Positions 59,236-64,000 of a stretch of DNA of 64,000 nt are shown piece by piece. Under the pieces are notes generated by a model. That model had not been told where the DNA came from. It worked only from the letters and a program-made list of their open reading frames with translations, and made no database searches. The stretch's first letter is position 1. Each line of letters begins with the position of its first letter. Source of the DNA: Candidatus Latescibacterota bacterium (GTDB taxonomy: Bacteria > Latescibacterota > UBA2968 > GCA-2709665); contig OZ241917.1 in NCBI GenBank assembly GCA_965203805.1, positions 5,536,001 through 5,600,000 of the forward strand, given 5' to 3'. The position numbers and the translations under genes were made by a program.

Positions 59236-62200
59236 ATGGAACACACACACATCGTTCACGCTGAAGAACTTGATCGGTACGCGAATACCAGAAATAGCCA
59301 CGCTGTGATACCGGAATTACTCTACTGGCTTGTGAAGCAGTCCATCACCAATGCGTCCGTATGCCGAATTCCTTACGGAGATGCAATAAACCAGCCAGGG
59401 TGGGATGGAATCGTGCAGGCTGAATCGGCGTTTCTTGAATTTGTACCGGCCGGGACATCCTATTGGGAAGTCGGAACAGGATCGAGTCCACAGGACAAGG
59501 CAAACGCCGAGTTCAATAAGCGGACGAAGGAAATGTCCGAAAAGGACCGCGCAGGTGCGTCATTTGTCTTCGTGACGCCGCGTACTCGGGAGTGGAGCGG
59601 TCAGCAGCAGACTCGGTGGATTAAAGGCCGAAAAGACCGGGGCTGGATGCAAATCCGAATTATTGATGGCGTCAAGCTCGCAGATTGGCTAAGGGAGTTT
59701 CCATCTATCGGCCGGTGGATGGCGAAAAAGATCGGATTAACCAAAACCTTAGGTGGTCTTTCGACTCCGAGGGAACACTGGGAAGATATCAAGGCGCTTG
59801 CGGAGCCGGACGACCCTCCCCTTCCCCCAAAGCTTTTTACTGAAGGGCGTGGGAACGCCAGCAACGCCCTGCAGGCACTCTTCGAAGGAAAGGAGTCAAG
59901 GCTATTGCTATTCGCAGAGAGCCGATCGGACGTTGGCGACTTTGTTGCAGCCCATATCGAAACACTCGATAAAGAGCCGGCACGAAGCTATTCCTACCGC
60001 TGCTTGTATGTTTCAGAAGAGGATGCATGGCGCTCGGTCGTAGAACTGAAAAATTCACACGTACTGTTAGCGGACCCCTGTCTTGGCCTGGAGTCTACGG
60101 AACGCGCTGATTTACTGACACTTGCCAAGCGAAAGGGACACGCGGTAGTTGTCCCACTTTGCGGGGCGTGGGCGGAAGGTTCACCAGAAATCATCAAACT
60201 ACGTAGTCCGTCACAGTTTCAGATTGAAACCATACTCAAAGAAGCAGGGTACAAAGAAATTCGGTCACGCGAGTTGGCGAGGATTGGAGGTGATCAAGTC
60301 TCGGCATTACGTCGGCATCTTCAGGGCCTTGGATCGGTACCTCCCTACGCGACATGGAATAATGCGAGGCATATCGCGGAAGCGGGGCTTGCCGGAAAAT
60401 GGGATGGAAAAAACGAGGATGATCGGGTTGCCATTGAACTGTTGGTGGGAAAAGGTTACGGGGAGTGGATCGAGAGCCTGAGACCTGACGCGCTTCGCTC
60501 GGACTCTCCCCTCGTTCAGCTTGATGAGAAATGGCGTTTTGTGGCACGCGGTGAAGCGTGGGGTGCGTTGGGAAATAGAATAACGGATGAGGATCTGCTT
60601 CGGCTCCAGAAGACAGCGATCAGAGTTCTGGGTGAAAGGGATCCACAATTCGACCTGCCGAAAGAGGAACGATACGCGGCGGGAATCTACGATAAGCGTC
60701 TCAAACACTCCCGATTCTTTCGCGAAGGGTTGGCTGAAACACTAGCATTAGTTGGAAGCCGGTCGGAAGCACTTTCCGCATGTTCTGTTGGGCAGGCTGA
60801 AAACGTGGCTCGGAATTCCGTCAGTGGACTGTTGGACAATACTAACTGGGATCGATGGGCGAGCTTAGATTCTTTGCTACCGTTGCTCGCCGAAGCATCC
60901 CCGGATGGATTCCTCGACGCGGTAGAGTCCGTGTTGCATGACCTCGACAATTCCCCATTCCACGAGCTATTTGCTCAAGAGGGCAGTGGAGGGATAGGTG
61001 GAGGGACCTATTTGAGTGGCCTGTTGTGGGCGCTGGAAACACTTGCGTGGCATCCGGATTTCCTAATGCGAGTCGCTGTAATCCTGTCTGATATGGCATC
61101 GATTGATCCCGGAGGTAATTGGACAAATCGGCCAATGAACTCATTAATTGACATATTATTGCCGTGGCACGTGCAGACTTGCGCATCACTTGAAAAGAGA
61201 GTGGCGGCGGTTGAGACAGTACTCGGCGAACATCCGCAGGAGGGTTGGGAGTTAATTCTTGGTCTGCTGCCGCACAGTCACGGATCCACCAGCGGTTGCC
61301 ATCGGCCGACTTGGCGGAATCTTATCCCGAATGATTGGGACGAAGGAGTTCTCCTTGTCGATTATCGGGAGCAGGTAAACACCTACGCAAAACTAGCTGT
61401 TGAACTGTCAAAAAAGAGCGCAGATAGACTAACGGAGCTTATCAGCCGTTTATCCGAATTGCCGGATTTTGCACGGAAGAGTCTTTTAGGTCATTTGTCG
61501 TCAGAGGAAGTTATGGCGTTATCCCAGACCAAACGCCTGGTAATCTGGGAAAGATTGAAAGGAGTAGCTACCCAACATCGAAAATATCCCGATGCGAACT
61601 GGGCGATGTCGGAAACAGCGGTCGCGGAAATTGATACCGTAGTGAAACGTCTGGCCCCAGAATCAGCTGAGCTTAAATTTAAACATCTCTTCAGCGATCG
61701 TGACTATGATCTAACGGACGGCAAGGGCGATTTCCAAGAGCAGCAACGGCGCCTTGCCGAGGCTCGCGCGGATGCCATGGACACGATACTGAAAACCGGG
61801 GGGACACTTGCAGCGTTGGCATTCGCTCGAAGTGTTGCATCTCCTTTCGAAGTCGGAAGCGCGTTGGTTGGTATCGAAAATGAGAAAATCGAGAAGGAGT
61901 TTCTTCCATCCTTGCTAAACTCAAAGGATGAAGCGGATACACAGTTATTATCCGGTTTCATACGGGCGAAATTTCGAGAAATGGGTTGGACGTGGGTTGA
62001 TCGGATTCTTGGGCAAGAATGGACATGCAAACAGAAAAGTGTGTTTCTGGCACTACTTCCATTCGAAGACGGCGTATGGATTCGAGTAAAAGACCAACTC
62101 GGGGCAGAGAACGAGGGGCTCTATTGGCGAAATGTAGTTGCAAATCCATTCTCGCAATTCAAAGATCCGTCTTTGGCGATTGGGAAATTGATCGAATTCG

Positions 62201-63042
62201 ACCGTGCTCCTGACGCGATCGAATGTATTTTTTTCACGACTGGAGACGACGCTAGATTTGATGAAAACCTTGCGATTCGGGCACTCTTGGCCGTGAAGGA
62301 CACGTCTACCGACAGTAGACGACTTGATCCACGTCACACCGCCGAGGTAATTGTACGCCTTCAGAAGTCATGTACAGTCGATTCGGACGTGCTTTTTGAG
62401 ATCGAATGGAAGTTCCTTAAATTGCTCGACGAGTTTTCGGCTGGGTCTCCAGTGACTCTAGAAAAACGATTGGCTACGGCCCCGGCGTTTTTTGCCGAGG
62501 TGATTGCGTTGGTTTATCGTTCAGACAAGGAACACGACAGCGGCGTCGAACCGGGCGAGCAGACAAAGAAACTAGCGGACCATGCCTACAGTCTCCTAAA
62601 CGTATGGAAAACTTGCCCTGGTAAGCTACCGGATGGCTCGTTCGATTCGGATGTCTTTCAGAGGTGGTACGAAGAGGTGACCGACATAACCAAAGATTCT
62701 GGTCACAGCGAAGTTGCGCAGTTGGAGATGGGCAATGTATTGACATTTGCACCGCCAGATCCTTGCGGCCTATGGATTCACAAGGTGGCCGCGGCTGCGT
62801 TGAACGGAAGAAACGCAGAGAAAATGCGTTCGGGATTCACCAGTAAGCTCATAAATCGACGAGGGGCCTATTGGGGAACTGGAGGCAAGGGAGAACGAGA
62901 GTTGGCGGAGAAATACAACCAACAAGCGGATGAGCTAGATTTAAATGGCTTTCCTCGATTTGGTGCCGATATACGAGATCTAGCGAAGCTATATGAGAGG
63001 CGGGCAGAATATGAATCGAAAAGAGGTCGAATTGAAGGGTGA
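59236..63042 (+). CDS. 1268-aa protein: N-terminal REase-like domain, degenerate NTPase-like region and long helical repeats; putative defence protein
   Basis: PGWDG...SYWEVG..KAN.EF.KRT..FVFVTPR; no intact Walker A; LLAEASPD.FL and LLWALE.LAW helical motifs. Confidence 0.6.
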   Translation: MEHTHIVHAEELDRYANTRNSHAVIPELLYWLVKQSITNASVCRIPYGDAINQPGWDGIVQAESAFLEFVPAGTSYWEVGTGSSPQDKANAEFNKRTKEMSEKDRAGASFVFVTPRTREWSGQQQTRWIKGRKDRGWMQIRIIDGVKLADWLREFPSIGRWMAKKIGLTKTLGGLSTPREHWEDIKALAEPDDPPLPPKLFTEGRGNASNALQALFEGKESRLLLFAESRSDVGDFVAAHIETLDKEPARSYSYRCLYVSEEDAWRSVVELKNSHVLLADPCLGLESTERADLLTLAKRKGHAVVVPLCGAWAEGSPEIIKLRSPSQFQIETILKEAGYKEIRSRELARIGGDQVSALRRHLQGLGSVPPYATWNNARHIAEAGLAGKWDGKNEDDRVAIELLVGKGYGEWIESLRPDALRSDSPLVQLDEKWRFVARGEAWGALGNRITDEDLLRLQKTAIRVLGERDPQFDLPKEERYAAGIYDKRLKHSRFFREGLAETLALVGSRSEALSACSVGQAENVARNSVSGLLDNTNWDRWASLDSLLPLLAEASPDGFLDAVESVLHDLDNSPFHELFAQEGSGGIGGGTYLSGLLWALETLAWHPDFLMRVAVILSDMASIDPGGNWTNRPMNSLIDILLPWHVQTCASLEKRVAAVETVLGEHPQEGWELILGLLPHSHGSTSGCHRPTWRNLIPNDWDEGVLLVDYREQVNTYAKLAVELSKKSADRLTELISRLSELPDFARKSLLGHLSSEEVMALSQTKRLVIWERLKGVATQHRKYPDANWAMSETAVAEIDTVVKRLAPESAELKFKHLFSDRDYDLTDGKGDFQEQQRRLAEARADAMDTILKTGGTLAALAFARSVASPFEVGSALVGIENEKIEKEFLPSLLNSKDEADTQLLSGFIRAKFREMGWTWVDRILGQEWTCKQKSVFLALLPFEDGVWIRVKDQLGAENEGLYWRNVVANPFSQFKDPSLAIGKLIEFDRAPDAIECIFFTTGDDARFDENLAIRALLAVKDTSTDSRRLDPRHTAEVIVRLQKSCTVDSDVLFEIEWKFLKLLDEFSAGSPVTLEKRLATAPAFFAEVIALVYRSDKEHDSGVEPGEQTKKLADHAYSLLNVWKTCPGKLPDGSFDSDVFQRWYEEVTDITKDSGHSEVAQLEMGNVLTFAPPDPCGLWIHKVAAAALNGRNAEKMRSGFTSKLINRRGAYWGTGGKGERELAEKYNQQADELDLNGFPRFGADIRDLAKLYERRAEYESKRGRIEG

Positions 63043-63361
63043 CGGATCTCCATTCAACTTGCGCATAGCTGCATTTTCCGATTGAAGCATCTCATCGCGG
63101 CATTATACGTGCTTGCGAATGCATTAAGAAAAGGTAATTCGTGTGGCGGGAATTCTGATAAGCGGGCGATACATCGGACTGTCGAGAATACTGGCTGGCG
63201 AGAGTACCACGGGGAAGCGGATGTCGCTTCCCCGGTCGCGACCCTCGAATCCACACGACAACGAGGACGTCTCGGTCTACCTCGTGTGGCTCGTAACCAT
63301 CTCTGCTTGCTCGGAGATGTAGAGTGAATGCAGCTGTGATCGTAACAGATAAGGTTATCGG

Positions 63362-64000
63362 ATGCCCCAAACAAGCGAAATCGCCTTCAATTTCGAGTTC
63401 TCCAATGTACTGCGCTCGAAACATCCGCGCTGGCGCGACCGCACCAGTGCAGAACAAACGAACGTACTCCGGGAACCTGGCCTGCAGCCGGACGTGGTAA
63501 TTCGACCGCCGGGAGGCGTCCCGGTCGTGCTCGAGACCGAGTTTGAACCGGCACGTACTGTCGAAGAAGACGCCAAAAAACGACTGGGGTTCTATTTGAA
63601 GTATGCAGGAGATCCGATAGAGCAGACGATTGCCGTCCAGATACCGAAAGGCCTTAGCCAGGCGCCTCAGGCAGACCTTAAGAGCTGCATCGAGGCCGCT
63701 GAGTACCGCTACTGCACGTATTCGCTTCAAAGGGGAGATGCGGCAATGCGTTGGCCGGTCACCGGATGGCTAGTCGGTGACATAGACGACCTCGCGACCA
63801 GTATTGAGAACGTGTCGCTGTCCGAGCGGTTACTTGCTGAGGGAACCCAAATACTCGAGCAGAGCATTGGCGAAGCCGCCAACAAGCTGCGGGAGTCCGC
63901 GGGTGCGAATGCGCTGGCGCAAATGGCGAATTCCCTCCATCAGGATGATGGAGAACAAACGTCGCGAATGGCTATGGCAATCGTCGCCAACGCACTCGTC
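63362..64000 (+). CDS. Probable type IIG restriction-modification enzyme, N-terminal part (3'-truncated)
   Basis: Frame is open to the window end; QPDVVI..PVVLETEF nuclease-like motif and LHQ..GEQT.RMAMAIVANAL. The methyltransferase motifs would lie beyond the window. Confidence 0.6.
   Translation, partial: MPQTSEIAFNFEFSNVLRSKHPRWRDRTSAEQTNVLREPGLQPDVVIRPPGGVPVVLETEFEPARTVEEDAKKRLGFYLKYAGDPIEQTIAVQIPKGLSQAPQADLKSCIEAAEYRYCTYSLQRGDAAMRWPVTGWLVGDIDDLATSIENVSLSERLLAEGTQILEQSIGEAANKLRESAGANALAQMANSLHQDDGEQTSRMAMAIVANALV

Overview
GC-rich bacterial window. TolC and an RND system point to a diderm; any finer taxonomy would be a guess. The backbone is housekeeping and catabolic: an M16 peptidase pair, ispH, dut, hflX, bactofilin, a TolC-RND-MFP efflux set, mrp/apbC, ggt, rarA, polX, and many uncharacterised oxidoreductases, enolase-superfamily enzymes and peptidases. 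Two accessory islands look lower in GC by eye. The first (about 15.1-20.4 kb) has a BrnT RNase toxin gene translationally coupled to a 1505-aa protein. That protein starts with a BrnA-type antitoxin peptide fused in frame to a sacsin-like GHKL ATPase and an SF2 helicase, and is the best candidate for an undescribed system. The second (about 55.7-64 kb) is a probable defence island with IS630, two putative PD-(D/E)XK nuclease proteins and a type IIG-like RM gene whose 5' end is duplicated 7.5 kb upstream. At 49.5-50.5 kb there is a nested set of mobile elements: an ORF-less group II intron inserted in a dispersed inverted repeat (EBS1/IBS1 match visible), with 27-nt CCTGCCT...AGGCAGG palindromes inserted in both the repeat and the intron. 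No rRNA, tRNA or CRISPR array was seen. All calls come from manual motif reading; no database searches were run.
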